Source of the DNA: Leptogorgia sarmentosa
Lineage: Eukaryota
Assembly (NCBI GenBank): GCA_964658305.1
Contig: OZ210885.1
Location: forward strand, 19,344,001 to 19,408,000
Direction of reading: 5' to 3'
DNA length: 64,000 nucleotides
The notes beneath the pieces are model-generated. The model saw nothing but the letters and a program-made list of their open reading frames with translations, did no database searches and had not been told where the DNA came from. Position numbers and translations under genes: made by a program. This document shows, in pieces, positions 12,243-24,606 of the stretch (position 1 is the first letter of the stretch; the number at the start of each line of letters is the position of its first letter).

Positions 12243-13026
12243 AATTAGTAATATTTTTAGGGGACTTTCGCATTTACATGTTCACGTTGACTGCATAAAA
12301 ACGTAATTTTAGTTTAAAACTCGCTCACATTTTCAGTGAGCGATTTGATTGGCCATGAACTAGTGCGTCACGAACAGCTGAACAAATGAACTTTTGAAAT
12401 GAACAAATGAAATGAACAAATGAAATGGACAATTATTCTTTATAACTGCAACAGAACTAATTCATTTGCATAGCGTCGAGAATTGTAATAGGAAAAAATA
12501 CGAGTTTGTATAGCCGATAAGTTACAACTCTCAGACCGGAAATCAATACGCGAGGAACTTCTAACAGGAAGTGAGGAACTTCTAACAGGAAGTGAGGAAC
12601 ATTTAATTGACTTTGGAAAATTGCAATATTCCTCAAGAGATTTGCAAGCAATTTTTTCAAAATTGCAACGGTAATTAGGAAATTTCCAATCAAGTAAGGA
12701 ACTCGAGAGAGGAACGCTTGACCTAAATTAGCTGTAATAAATAACCCCAACCTATTTCTTGATAGGTTAGGGTCAGATTACGGGCCGGGTTGGGGTTATT
12801 TATTAATAACTAACTTATTTCAAGTGCACGAATGGCAAATGAGGACAACAATATTCTTGAAGGTATAATCGATGTATTACAGTGACTTGCAAGAAGAGTT
12901 GGGCAAACAAATGACACATAGGCGGTTGTAAATTGATGTGTGTATTATTTTTTTCACTCTGGCAATAATAATAATAGAAGTTTCACAACTTTACACTTTG
13001 AAAGAATAGAATGATCAAAACAAAAG

Positions 13027-15137
13027 TCATCTGGACATCCAGTTTCTCACACTTTGCCAAAAGCTTACTGGTGGCGCTGTGCTGTATGCCGGGTTGGTCT
13101 CATCTCCACTGTCGTCGCCGTCATCATTGTGGACACTCGTAGCACTCCCCACATTGTCATCCGAGATGGAATGCTCCCCCGCACTGCCATCATCCGCCAC
13201 ACTGCTATCAGGAGCCACACTCGCATCACCAAGGAGACTCGCCTCATCAAGGATGCTGGCCTCAGCAAGTACACTGGCGTCACTCTCTCCACTTACGTAA
13301 CGTTCGACACTCCCATCTCCCCTACTGCCTTCCTCCTTGGTGTCTGCGCTGTGCGCTTCTTCCGAGTTTTGGGAGGATGCGTCGTTGTCACTTTCTGGAA
13401 CGATGGAGGAGAGGATAGTGGACTCTGCATCTGTGTTCTGTTCCTGCGACGCATTTTGCTCCAGGTCGGAGGGAATGGCTGCATTCGAGGATGAAGTGGT
13501 CTCCTTGTGTCTTCTCCTTTTATCACTTCGCCTGGCTACTTTGCGGGCACGAGCCTCCATGTGAAATGCCGGATGAATGTTGTCATCGTCGCTGTCATGA
13601 CTCAGTGCTTGTGCGCTCGTGCTTGCAGATCGGCGTCCACAATTCAGGGAGGAGGACTTGTTTGCAGTAATGACGTTTCGGCGGCCATTTCCTTCTTCAT
13701 ACCACAATTCCTCCGGAGGAATGAGGTGGCGATGGTCGTTAAGTTCGTTGGCTATCCATGCAATGCAGTGCATGAATTAACAACGCCTTCTTCGAAGAAG
13801 CGCGGTGTTGGTGGCGTGGAGGATCGATAGGGCACGAATGCCAGCGGCGAAACCTTGCTGATCTTCTCCGTGGGAATGGCGTCGGGAACAAATGAGCGGA
13901 GACTTATCGAGAAGCAGATTCCTTCGGACACTTCTATGAGGTCGGAATCGAACTCCATCTGCTCCACAAGTTCGCAGGCAGGGTGCGACAGGATTCTTTC
14001 GATGGTACTGAAATGTCTCAGCAGGGCGTCGTTGATGGCCGCGTTGCGAAGTATCTTGTTGAGATATGAGGTCACGTCCATCATTCTCACATAAGTAGTG
14101 GTCGCTCCTTCCGCTTTGGCGTAGATGGCCGAACGATGGAGGGTGTGTTCGCATATTGCCATCATGTGAGAGATCTTTTTTATGGTGCTTGTGACCTCGT
14201 TTTCTTTGGGAACGGATGTCACCACGTTCGATTGGTGCGAGTGCAAGGTGAGACCATCCGATCGCACTCTGTCCATCGCGGTGTGTATGCCATGCTCGTA
14301 CCCCTCGTGGTTCACAACGGTGAAAACACAGGGCAGGGTTGGGAAGTGCTTCGGTTGGAAGTGCTCGTCTTCATCCTCTGGCTCATCATTCGACGACGAC
14401 TGCGCGTCCTCATAACAATGGGCATTGGAGGCATCTAACATCTCCTGCACCGTGGCGTTGTTGTGGTCTTTCACAACCTGGAACAACTGCCGGGCGGCAG
14501 TGTCCATCTGGTCGTTGTCCCCCTTCCTCACATTGATTGACTGGAAAAAGAGGACACGTGTGAGGTGTAAGAAAGTGTGCATCATTTCAACACCTTGGAT
14601 TGTTAGCTACACATCTTCAAATTACGTTTACCTTAATATTAGGTTCCATGTCTTCATTGTGGAGTCGGGCAAAGAATGTGTCCTGATTGCACTCTTCGGA
14701 TGGGGTGTACACAATAAAGTACGCAATTGCGGGATACGCCTCATTCTTGGATTGCCCGGTGCTGGATTGCTTCTCGTTGGTCGATACTGCCGTGATGCAG
14801 GAGAAAAAGAAATGGACGGATTTCATGCTTTTAATGACGTCATCCAACTTCAAACGTTTGGACGCAAATCTGGAGTGTCGCCAACTCAACGTCTTCTTCC
14901 CGTACCCGCCATGTAGCACGGCAGGCAAGTGCTTTGTAACTTGGTCTTATCTGGTAGGATAGAGACGGATTTACCAATGTCCATGTAAATATTTTATGAA
15001 CATGTGAATATGCAATTTGTAAAAATGTGAGCTGTACATATGTGATTAAATGCACTTACCAAACTTAAAATGTTCGCTCGAAGCGAGTTTTGTACGCGCT
15101 TGGAGTCTAACTCCTTACGCGGTTTTGCTGGCGGCAT
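13027..15137 (-). pseudogene. Disrupted spliced gene, possibly a D5-like primase/SF3-helicase remnant with an acidic Ser-rich tail
   Basis: GC-richer island with ORFs 14617-14928, 13752-14585 and 13027-13773 linked by a plausible GT-AG intron (about 14630-14543). The segment DLIEVSEGICFSI...SPLAFVPY...P.P.FF recalls D5_N-type regions. No P-loop is visible. Family call is tentative. Confidence 0.35.
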
Positions 15138-15649
15138 TTCTGCTCACTTTCCTTCACTTTGCTTTCCTTTTCTTTCCTTTTCTTCCCTAATAACTTTTCT
15201 TATAAACTTTTTTTTGGAGTGTCACTTGGCGAACGGTGCAATGTTTATGGGCAAAGTGTAAATCGCGTTCGCTTTTTAAGCGTTTTCATGTGCAAAATTT
15301 GCATTTGAACAGAAAAGGAACAACATTTAGTACTTGGGTCTTTATCAAATCCCAGGTGTTAGTTAATGGATGGGTCTTCAACCTTAGGGTCGTTTGTGTG
15401 GAGGTGTACCTGTCGCCCATTGTCTTTGTGGTGTGTAAATCCGTTCCTTGGTGGCAGTGTTGGGTATGTGGTTTCCATATGATGGTTTGGGAAGTGTCGG
15501 TCAGAGGTTGGAGTTGTGACGGCTTCTGAGTATTTTGAATCTGTGTTCGGTGTCTGTTTATTGGTGGTGTTTTTGGTGTTGGTGGGTCACGGTGGTTTGG
15601 TATGGGGGTCATATCTTTTGATGTGGTGTGTAGTTGGTGAGTGGATGTG

Positions 15650-17281
15650 TTAAGTGAATTTGGTGCGGACAAAGTGTTCTTTGAGGTTTTTGTGTCTTTG
15701 ATAAGCCATAACCGGTTGATTTGGCCATATCTGTGATAAAACGGGATCGTTTTCAATATATTGCCAGTGTTGTTTGAGGATGTGAGGCAATGGTGATAAT
15801 TCTGGATGATATGGTATGATAAATGGTAAGGTACGTGTGTGGTTTGTGGATGGGCTGCTGGAGAGTAGTTGTGATTGTATGTATGTAGATGCCCTGTCGA
15901 TGTGAGGTAGGATATCTTTGTTTTCATAGCCTCTTCCAATGAGTGCTACTCGTAGGTTTTGAGCTTTTCGTTGAAACTCAATGTCGTCAGTGATTATCCT
16001 CCTGTATCGTAGCATTTGACTGTATATTAGACCCTTTTTACAGGTGTCTGGATGGTGTGAGGTGTTGTGTAGAAGTGGCATACGGTCGGTTGGTTTGATG
16101 TAGAGAGTGGTTTGGATTGTGTGTTGTGGTGTGATGTAGACTGTTGTGTCAAGGAAGTTTACACTTTCGGTGGAGTGTGTGACTTCAAATTTGATGGTGG
16201 AATGGAATGAATTGAGATGTTGAATAAATGATTTGAATGATACCTCACCGTGTGTCCAAACTAGAAATATATCATCTATGAATCTCTTCCACAGGAGAGG
16301 AACAAGTTGGTTTGGTGTTGATGAAAGTATGGATTGTTCAAGTGCCCCCATGAATATGTTTGCAAAGGAGGGAGCCATTTTGGTGCCCATCGCTGTGCCG
16401 TGTTTTTGGAGGTAGAGTTTATTCCTGAATGTGAAATAGTTTTCTTTGAGTATGTATTCGAGGAATTGGTGTATGACATTACGGAGTGGCCACGTACGTC
16501 CCTGTTTTGTGTCCAGTGTTTCAAGGACAGCTTGGATCCCTTCGTTGTGAGGGATGTTGGTGTATAATGACTTGACATCAATGGTGGCGAGGATGGTGTT
16601 GGATGGTAATGGTGTGTCGATGTCGAAAATGGTTTGTAAAAAATGGTTTGTGTCTTTGATGTAGGATGGTAGTGAAGCACAAAGTGGTTTGATATGGATG
16701 TCAATGAATGAGGAAAGCCTGTCCGTTGGCGAATCACACCCTGATATGATTGGTCTTCCTGGGTTTCCAGGTTTGTGAATTTTGGGTAGGAGGTAAAATA
16801 TTGGTGTACGTGGTGGTGAAGGTGGTAGCAGGTGTTGTAGTGTTTTGTAGTCAATGTCTCCACATTTGTAGAGATTTCTGACATATTGAGTGATTTTATT
16901 GGTTTGTGTGGAGATGACTGTTGAGGCCGTGGTTGGTATATATTCATAGTATTGGTTGTCATTGAGCTGGGAGAGTGCTTCCTTTTCATAGTCAATTGTT
17001 GACCATATGACGATGGCACCTCCTTTGTCTGCTGGTTTAATGACATATTTTTGGTTATGAATATTGTATGTGTGAAGGAAATTAATTTCCTCTTGGTTTA
17101 GATTGGAGATGACATGGTCTCGATTGTTGTGTTTGAAGGTCTGATTGATGGATTCTGCCACAGAACAGATGTATGAAATTAAATTTGGATTGTCTGGCAG
17201 AGGTGGTTCCCACGTGCTAGTGGTTTTGAATGGATGTGGATGTTCATTGGACGAATTCCTGAAATGGTAATGTATGTACAT
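15650..17281 (-). CDS. Penelope-like reverse transcriptase lacking a GIY-YIG endonuclease
   Basis: KPADKG, YLLPKIHK, GRPIISG, DVKSLYTNIP, GTAMG..MAPSFAN, RFIDD, FLD, thumb. Stops right after NLKEHFVRTKFT. ORF 17244-17531 may be a frameshifted N-terminal extension. Confidence 0.88.
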   Translation of the reverse strand: MYIHYHFRNSSNEHPHPFKTTSTWEPPLPDNPNLISYICSVAESINQTFKHNNRDHVISNLNQEEINFLHTYNIHNQKYVIKPADKGGAIVIWSTIDYEKEALSQLNDNQYYEYIPTTASTVISTQTNKITQYVRNLYKCGDIDYKTLQHLLPPSPPRTPIFYLLPKIHKPGNPGRPIISGCDSPTDRLSSFIDIHIKPLCASLPSYIKDTNHFLQTIFDIDTPLPSNTILATIDVKSLYTNIPHNEGIQAVLETLDTKQGRTWPLRNVIHQFLEYILKENYFTFRNKLYLQKHGTAMGTKMAPSFANIFMGALEQSILSSTPNQLVPLLWKRFIDDIFLVWTHGEVSFKSFIQHLNSFHSTIKFEVTHSTESVNFLDTTVYITPQHTIQTTLYIKPTDRMPLLHNTSHHPDTCKKGLIYSQMLRYRRIITDDIEFQRKAQNLRVALIGRGYENKDILPHIDRASTYIQSQLLSSSPSTNHTRTLPFIIPYHPELSPLPHILKQHWQYIENDPVLSQIWPNQPVMAYQRHKNLKEHFVRTKFT

Positions 17282-18518
17282 GGAACGTCTGGAATTTTTT
17301 TAATGAATTAGCAATTGTTTTCAGACGAGTGTTGTCTGGTGAGTAATAGTATATGATTTGAGGAAAGGTTAAATTACTGGTTCTCAAAAGTGATTTGTTG
17401 TCTTGAAATATCAAACACACAAAATGTTGTTGAATATCAATTTTGGTATAGCATATCTTTTTGGTTTGATTAATAGTAGAAGTGGATGTTTTAAGTGTTG
17501 GTTGTTTCGTTTGATAAACCTGCAGACTCATTTCAATACCTGAAGATCAATTAACGCTTCATTAAAATCCTGTTATATAAGTGGGATCATATAAACAGGC
17601 ATTAAATTGTCGTTACAATCCAAATGGCCATGCATGAGAGAATCAATTATTTTTAAGGTCTTACTGTTCGGTGGTTCTTGCTTTTTTGGCAGCAGTGTCT
17701 TCTTGTTGGGGCAGTTGGGCTACTTCTTCAATAGACTGATCGTCACAACAATGGACCACATGTTTGATTATTTTGCGGTGCACATCCACTCGAACATGAT
17801 ACTGCGATGTCAGGAGAAATAGCATATCTTCAGGATCTGGACTTTCCTTGGGCTCATTCCAGTTGAACAAATGCAAAATGGGCTGATGAAGAAATATTAC
17901 ATTAAAGCAAGAAATTATCATTCTTGAAAGAGATGTTATAACACAGTAGATTTTTACCAAGATATCTACATAACGTATAATTACCTGCGTGAAAGCTGTG
18001 AACCAGGTTTGCCTTGGTTCTGTTAGAAGAAGCATGCAGCGCGCATCCTTCCTGCTGTTTTCTTTCAAATAAGTTGTTTTACATTTGGAACATACAATGT
18101 CCATTTGTTGGGATTGGAGGTCATCAGGATTGTGATCGCAGTTTATGCATTTGTTGTGATCAAGAGACATCACCAGAAGAAGTAATAAATGTTTAATAAA
18201 GTAAAAATAAACAGACCTGATACAGCAATATTAAATAGTGAGCTACAGAACAAAACAACATGCTTATTTATAATCTCAGGCCATCCAGGCATATTGTCAG
18301 GCATGCAGGCAATAACATGAAATCATTAGCATAATCATTACAACCCCCTTTTTAAGTAAATGTTATGAATATAGCAAAAGTCAGGCGTAATAGTAAGTTC
18401 TGATCAATATAAAAATAATTGTTTATACTATAACTAAGTTCAAACTTATGATCTCACAAAGTGTCGCAGATAAGCAGGTGGCTTTATAACTCTACCAGAA
18501 CGAGTTTGAATACCCTGT

Positions 18519-21500
18519 TCACTGTCTTGACTGGGGCGCTGACCGATCGGAAGTAGACCTTGACGAAAGTAAAGGTGGATGATGGGGAGTGGAGGTTGGT
18601 TGATTTGGTTGTGATGGTTGTACTGATAAAGGGTTGGGTGGTATCTCCATTTCATCATCAACAGCATCACTCAGATCAAACTTTTCTGGCATGCTAAGAA
18701 GATCTCTTCTATTTCTATGAATAATTGTTCCTTTCTCTGTTTTAACAGCGTAAGATCTAGGTTGCTCAACTCTTTCCATTATTTTTCCTTTCACATGCCA
18801 CGATCTACCATCCCTAATTCGTACTGATTGTCTTTCTTCAAGAGGTCGCAAGTTCTTTGCACGTTGATCGTGATACTCTTTAACTTTTTGTGACCCAAGC
18901 AAAGTAGGTGATATTTTCTCAGTTTTTATCAAAGGTAGGGGCGTTCGGAGATTGCGATTCATTAACTTGAATGCTGGGGACGGGGAATTGTCAGTTCCAG
19001 GAGTTGAACGTAATGCCAATAGTGCAAGGCAAGGGTCATCGCCACTTTTAAGAGCCTTTTTTATGGTCTTCTTTACCGTTTGAATAACTCTTTCTACGAA
19101 TCCATTGCTCTTTGGGTATCTGGGGCTTGATGTATCATGTTGGAAACCCCACTCTTTTGCAAATGTTTTATACTGATGTGAAGAATATTGAGGACCATTA
19201 TCACTAACTACAGTCTTTGGTATACCAAATCGAGCAAATATACTTTTAGTATGTTGCACAACTGTCGAGGCTAGGGTGTTTGGAATAGCACTTACTTCGA
19301 AATACTTCGATGTATAGTCAACAACAATCAAGTAATCTTTATTCTTTAACTGAAACAAATCAGTTCCCACTTTCTCCCAAGGAGTGGACGGAACTTCATG
19401 AGGAATCAGTTTTTCAGACTGCTGATAGTTTCTGTTTTCCACACAAGCATCACACCTGGAAACAATATTGACAATTTCCTTAATCATACCTGGCCAATAA
19501 AGTGTTGATCTGGCTCAAGCTTTGCACTTTTCAATTCCAAGATGATCATGATGGATCTTTTGTCGCATTTCATCTCGAAGACTTGATGGTACAATGATTC
19601 TGTCACACTTTAGCAAGACGTCTTCATATAGTGTGATTTCGTCTCGAAAACTGTAATATGGCCTCACAGCAGGATTAACTTGTTTCGGCTTGTCTGGCCA
19701 TCCATTCAGCACACAATTCTTTAATTTCTGTAAATCAGGATCCTTTGAAGTCTCTGTAGCAAACTCAGACAATTTCGACTTGGAAATTGTTCCCTGATCA
19801 TTAATCATGTGTACAAAGCAATTTAGTTCAGATTTGGGTATTTCTGGAAAGGAATCATCTAAGAATGCACGACTGAGTGTATCTGCTACAGGAATGTCCT
19901 TTCCAGGTACAAACTTGAAAGTAAACATATAAGGCTGAAGCCTTAGCAGAAATCTTTGAATTCTTGCTGGCGCCTTAGTCAGAGGTTTTGAAAAAATTGC
20001 TTTCAAGGGTTGGTGGTCATTTTCAACAAGAAAGCTTTGTCCATATAGATATTCCTTAAATTTCTCACAAGCAAATACAACACTGAGAGTCTCTTTCTCA
20101 ATTTGAGCGTAGTTTTGTTCGGACTGAGTCAATGAACAAGAAGCAAATGCAACAGGTTTCCACTTACCCTCCTCTCGTTGCTCAAGAACAGCTCCAAGAC
20201 CAAACTTTGACAAATCCGACGTGACTTTAATTGGATCTTTTGGATTGGAATACTTCAAGACTGGAGCTGATGTTACCATTTCTTTTAGCTTTTTCACTGC
20301 ATTTTCTTGCTCGGCTTCAAAATGCCATGGAGTGTCCTTTTCTACCAAACAACGTAACAGTGCAGTAACACTGGCCAAATCTGGTATGAACTTAGCCAAA
20401 TAGTTACACATCCCAAGAAATCTCTGTAATTCAATCTTATTCTGAGGAACAGGCATGTCAATGATTGCTGAAATCTTTCTTGGATCAGCATTGACACCAT
20501 CACCAGACAATACATGTCCGAGGAATGTGATTTGAGTAACACAGAATTGACATTTTTTCCGGTTCAGCTTGAGACCAGAGTCTTTAATTCTAGACAACAC
20601 CTTGTGTAGACGTTGATCGTGGACTTCTTTTGTGTCACCCCAAACTATGATATCATCTTGGGCGTTTGCGGCTCCTTCGATACCTTCAATAATTTCTGCG
20701 ATATCCAACTGAAAAATTTCAGATGCATTTGATATACCAAAAGGTAGTCTATTAAACTTATATCGGCCAAACGGGCTGTTGAAACACAATAACTTGGAGC
20801 TTTCCTCATCAAGCTTAGTTTGCCAATATCCTGAACTAGCATCAAGTTTTGAAAAATACCGAGCACATAATATCCTCTGCAGTAGGCAATTGTAGATGAG
20901 ACCTTTTGATGGCTTGGTTTAGATCCTTCGGATCAAGGCAAATACGAATACTTCCATCTGGCTTTTCAACAACTACTAGACTTGAAACCCAATCTGTTGG
21001 CTCAGTGACTTTGGATATAACCCCGAGTTTCTCCATTCTGTCAAGTTCTTCTTTAAGCTTAGGTTGAATAGTTATCGGAACACGTCATGGAGGGTGAATA
21101 ACTGGCGGAACACTAGGGTCAATAACTATCTTGTGAATTTTGCGCAGAGTACCAAGTTCTCCAGAGCAACATTCAAATTCAGAAATGAAGCTGGGCAATT
21201 GTTCTTCCTTTGGTTTTACTACCATCACACGTTTAACTAAGTTTAAGTTCTCACATGTGGTAAGACCCAATATTGGTGGTGAAGTCGTTTCTGTGACAAT
21301 AAACAGAACAGGCACATCATGATTCTTTTTATGGGCTACTCAAACAATGCACTTTCCAACAACTGGAATATTAGTTCCATTATAAGCAGTTAACTTCACT
21401 TTCGTACTCTTTAACTTTGGCTTTCGTATCAACCTATTATACTGAGATCTTGGTAATACATTAACTTGAGCACCAGTATCTAATTTATATCTGACATTGC

Positions 21501-22500
21501 TACCATTAGTGTCTAGGTTAATTGTCCATTCTGACTCAATCTCAGCTTCGGAACCAACAGAAAAGATTGTAAATGCATTTGACTCATTTGTCTTAGTGGT
21601 TGAGTTATTTTCTTCTCCACTTATTACAGGGTTAGTCTGAATCTCAGTAGTATCAACATTAACACTTCCAACAAAAAATGTGTCATCGGGTGCAGCATCA
21701 GAGTCACTGGAGTCACAATTAACATTTTTGACAGACTTGTTGTTTTCTGGACAGCACCTTGCAAAGTGATTAAACTTGGAACATTTCATGCATTTTTTTC
21801 CATAGGCAATACAGTTTCCCTGTTTATGAGAATATGAGCAAAACTTACAATTTTTTATTAGAGACTTATCGTAACCAACTGATTCTTTGCCAAAGCTTCT
21901 CTTTTCATCTCTTGCTATATCTTTCTTCTTTCTATGAACAGTGTTAACAGGATTTTTACCATCGACTTCTTTCTGGAGCTCTTTTACACGTCTCTTCGTC
22001 TCCTCAGCAGCATGACCAATTTGTATAGTTTTCTGCAATGTTAAATAACTCTCTAAGAAGACGTTCACGAAGACGGTTGTCATTGATTCCGCATATTATA
22101 ATATCACGGATGAGGCTTTCACGAAGTGTTTCAAACTCACATTCGGCACTACGCTTTTTTAACTCAGTTACGAATTCATCAAAAGACCATCCTTCTGCTT
22201 GCATGTAAAGAACTTGTGGCGCATAAACGTAATATTCTTTCTCGGACTACAGTAATCTTGAAACATTTGTACTACGACTTTGAATTTCATTTCCTCTCCT
22301 TCAGCGAACTGAAACGTATTATAAATTTCTCTACCTTGCTTTCCAATGCATGTGAGAAGTATTGATGTCTTTATTTTGTCAGATTTTCCATCCTTCTCCG
22401 TAGCAGTAAGATAGAGTTTTAGTTCTTGGCGCCACTTCTGCCAATTTTCACTAAGGTTGCCTTCGAACCTTAAGCAAGATGGCGGCTCGAATTTATCCAT
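18519..22500 (-). pseudogene. Gypsy gag-pol with frameshifts and stops
   Basis: Gag 22500-21340 with Zn knuckle, protease LDTGAQ, RT LPFG/AQDD, RNase H, integrase (VGTDLF, SDNGPQY, SNGFVER). Confidence 0.9.
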
Positions 22501-22590
22501 TTCGCTTCACCTTTCAGGCCTTTAGAGCTTATATATTTAGCTTAGCTTATACAAAATGCGGAACTTAACGACAACTTTATTGTTCAAATA

Positions 22591-22602
22591 CTCCTGACAC
22601 CA
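22591..22602 (-). other. Primer-binding site, tRNA-Leu type
   Basis: TGGTGTCAGGAG on the minus strand immediately inside the 5' LTR. Confidence 0.75.
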
Positions 22603-24606
22603 TGTTGTGATCAAGAGACATCACCAGAAGAAGTAATAAGCATTATTATCATTAGCATAATCATTACAGCATTTAGGGATAGTGGTATATTTTTTGAGGG
22701 CTTTGATACGCGTGTTTGAGGCGATTACTTTGTTTGGTTGCGGTAATGCTGCTTCGTTTATTTCAATGGATTCGCTGATGATGGCGAAGGTCGTTTCGGG
22801 CGATGCATTTCCAGTGATCGTTCCGTTCCATTTGGAGAGACTGAGATTTTGGACGCTGATGACATCGCCAGTGTTCAAATCTGGGCTGGTTGCTTGATCT
22901 TTCCAAAGAGCAATACTCATTGATGCAGTGGCGTCTGAAAGGAATATGTTTCTTTTCATTTTCGGTGGGGAACCGACGGTATAAGGCTCTTCCATTTCGG
23001 TCACTTTCCCTTTGACGTTAACAAAGGGCTTCTCGTCCGTATCGCATTTCAGGGTTGATGCTATATTTAACCAAACTTGCTTGATGTCGAATTGCTTTGG
23101 TGATATTTCTTTCTCGGAATTGTCGCCAAGAACAACTTCGATGTCTTTGGATCGATTGCCATAACCTTGTTGATATTTAAAAGATTTGAAATGATATGTC
23201 TTGTGGACTTCTAGTAACTCGAAGAGTTGTGGATTAAAACAAACGGCTCGCATGTAGGAAGTTGAATCTTCATTCGATATTGTCATGGTAATCATTTTCC
23301 CGTTCTTGACTCGTTTCTCTGGCGACTTTGAAATGATTGCACACGTTAAACCACGGGGAGATTTCTTTGGTGATTTGGGAATCTCCATTTTCTTCAAGTC
23401 TTGGATGGATAATGTGAAGCCGTCCATACCTTCTTTTTTTTGATAAATAACAAGTTTTCGATTTAAAATTTCACAGCCACTGACGAAACTGAGGTTTTGG
23501 TCCTACTTTTATAATGAGGGTTGGGAGATATTGAAACACGTGAGCATAGAAGTGGGCAGATCCAAATCTAACCAATCAGCATTAGGTTGATACTGTTTTT
23601 ATTTCTAGTGCCAGTCTTCTGACCTTGTTTACACTGGGTGTTGTTGTATGTGTCAACCTAATTTTCTGTTCGGTTGATCAAATTCATCAAAGTTCAAAAC
23701 TTAGTTGTCCTAAGAAAATCTAATAGGATTTTTTTTGTATACACGTATATGTATGTATTTTTCTTAAATAATGCAACTTATATGGAAATTAAATGAAAGT
23801 TGTTTTTGTCATGACGTAATATTAATGCACTAACCGCGCGAAAACATACAAAGAGTGATTGACAGTTTGAAAACTATGAGTATGTGCATGCATGAACAGC
23901 ATGTTTATGGTTGCATTGGACTTGCATTTATCCAAATAAATAGGATTATTATGTTTTTATCAAACTGTCAACTTCAAGTACTGTTCATCTAAATTGTGTC
24001 AAATGAATACATCGTTTTGACATTACAATAAGTTGGTCATGATCCAAATGGATGGTAATGATCTGTTTTATGACAGTTAGGAATACCTGTTATATAGCTA
24101 TCTTAAGATCATCATATAGCTTTTTAACACCTTGGGGTACGAAATTCAAATTTTTGAACGTTTTCTGGTGGCAATGTATTGGGTTATGTCATCTAGCAAA
24201 TTTTAGAATATCTATAAAGTTTTATGGGGACAAACATTAAGGGACATGAAGAAATATTGACAAAACATCACATGCACTTTGTTTACTCAAAACTGATTCA
24301 AAAATACGATAGGTATTACATCGACTTTTGGTAAATAATCATTGTAATAAAAATTTTAAATTCATGAAAAGGAAGAGTAAATATATAGTTTTTTATTTGA
24401 TGTGAAGCGCTGTCCCAAATAGAAGTTTTCCAAATCCTGCTTTTGTTCGCACCGAACATTCCTGTCGGTTTCTAGTGCCAGTCTTCTGACCTTGTTTACA
24501 CTGGGTGTTGTCGTATGTGTCAACCTAATTTTCTGCTCGGTCGATCAAATTCATGAAAGTTTAAAACGTAGTTGTCCCAAGAAAATTTAATGGGAATTTT
24601 TTTGTA

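Larger units (their letters stand above)
8827..12734 (-). mobile_element. IS630/Tc1/mariner-superfamily transposon with two convergent ORFs (possibly L31-like)
   Basis: 183-bp near-identical TIRs (8827-9009 and 12552-12734) with internal 21-bp direct repeats gttcctcacttcctgttagaa. TA on both flanks. Confidence 0.93.
7505..12810. repeat. Long foldback inverted repeat (left arm about 7505-8044, spacer, right arm about 8326-8826 plus 12737-12810), split by the Tc1-like insertion
   Basis: The arms are reverse complements. They contain 136-bp tandem units rich in ccggcta (period seen at 8330, 8466, 8602) and accctaacc/ggttaggg hairpin modules. Confidence 0.85.
18152..22668 (-). mobile_element. 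Ty3/Gypsy LTR retrotransposon, decayed
   Basis: TG...CA LTRs 18152-18342 and 22603-22668 (internally deleted). 5-bp TSD GCATT. PBS TGGTGTCAGGAG; PPT aaaaaggggg next to 18343. Domain order gag-PR-RT-RH-IN. Confidence 0.95.
17661..23427 (-). pseudogene. RPA70-like OB-fold ssDNA-binding gene interrupted by the Gypsy element
   Basis: 22669-23427 encodes two OB-like folds (MRAVCF; VNVKGKV..IFLSDATASMSIALWK). Removing the LTR element and one TSD copy restores PKCINC...CSKC (Zn ribbon) in 18151-17661, with a probable short intron at about 17985-17883. Confidence 0.7.

Noticed and set aside
15286..17046. Overlapping Thr/His-rich ORFs 15286-15939 and 16276-17046
   Set aside because: Alternative-frame by-products of the AC-rich RT strand with no recognisable motifs.
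17503..17535. Hammerhead ribozyme upstream of the Penelope-like RT (minus strand ...atgag...cgaaac)
   Set aside because: The CTGANGA core is not intact and no convincing stems were found.
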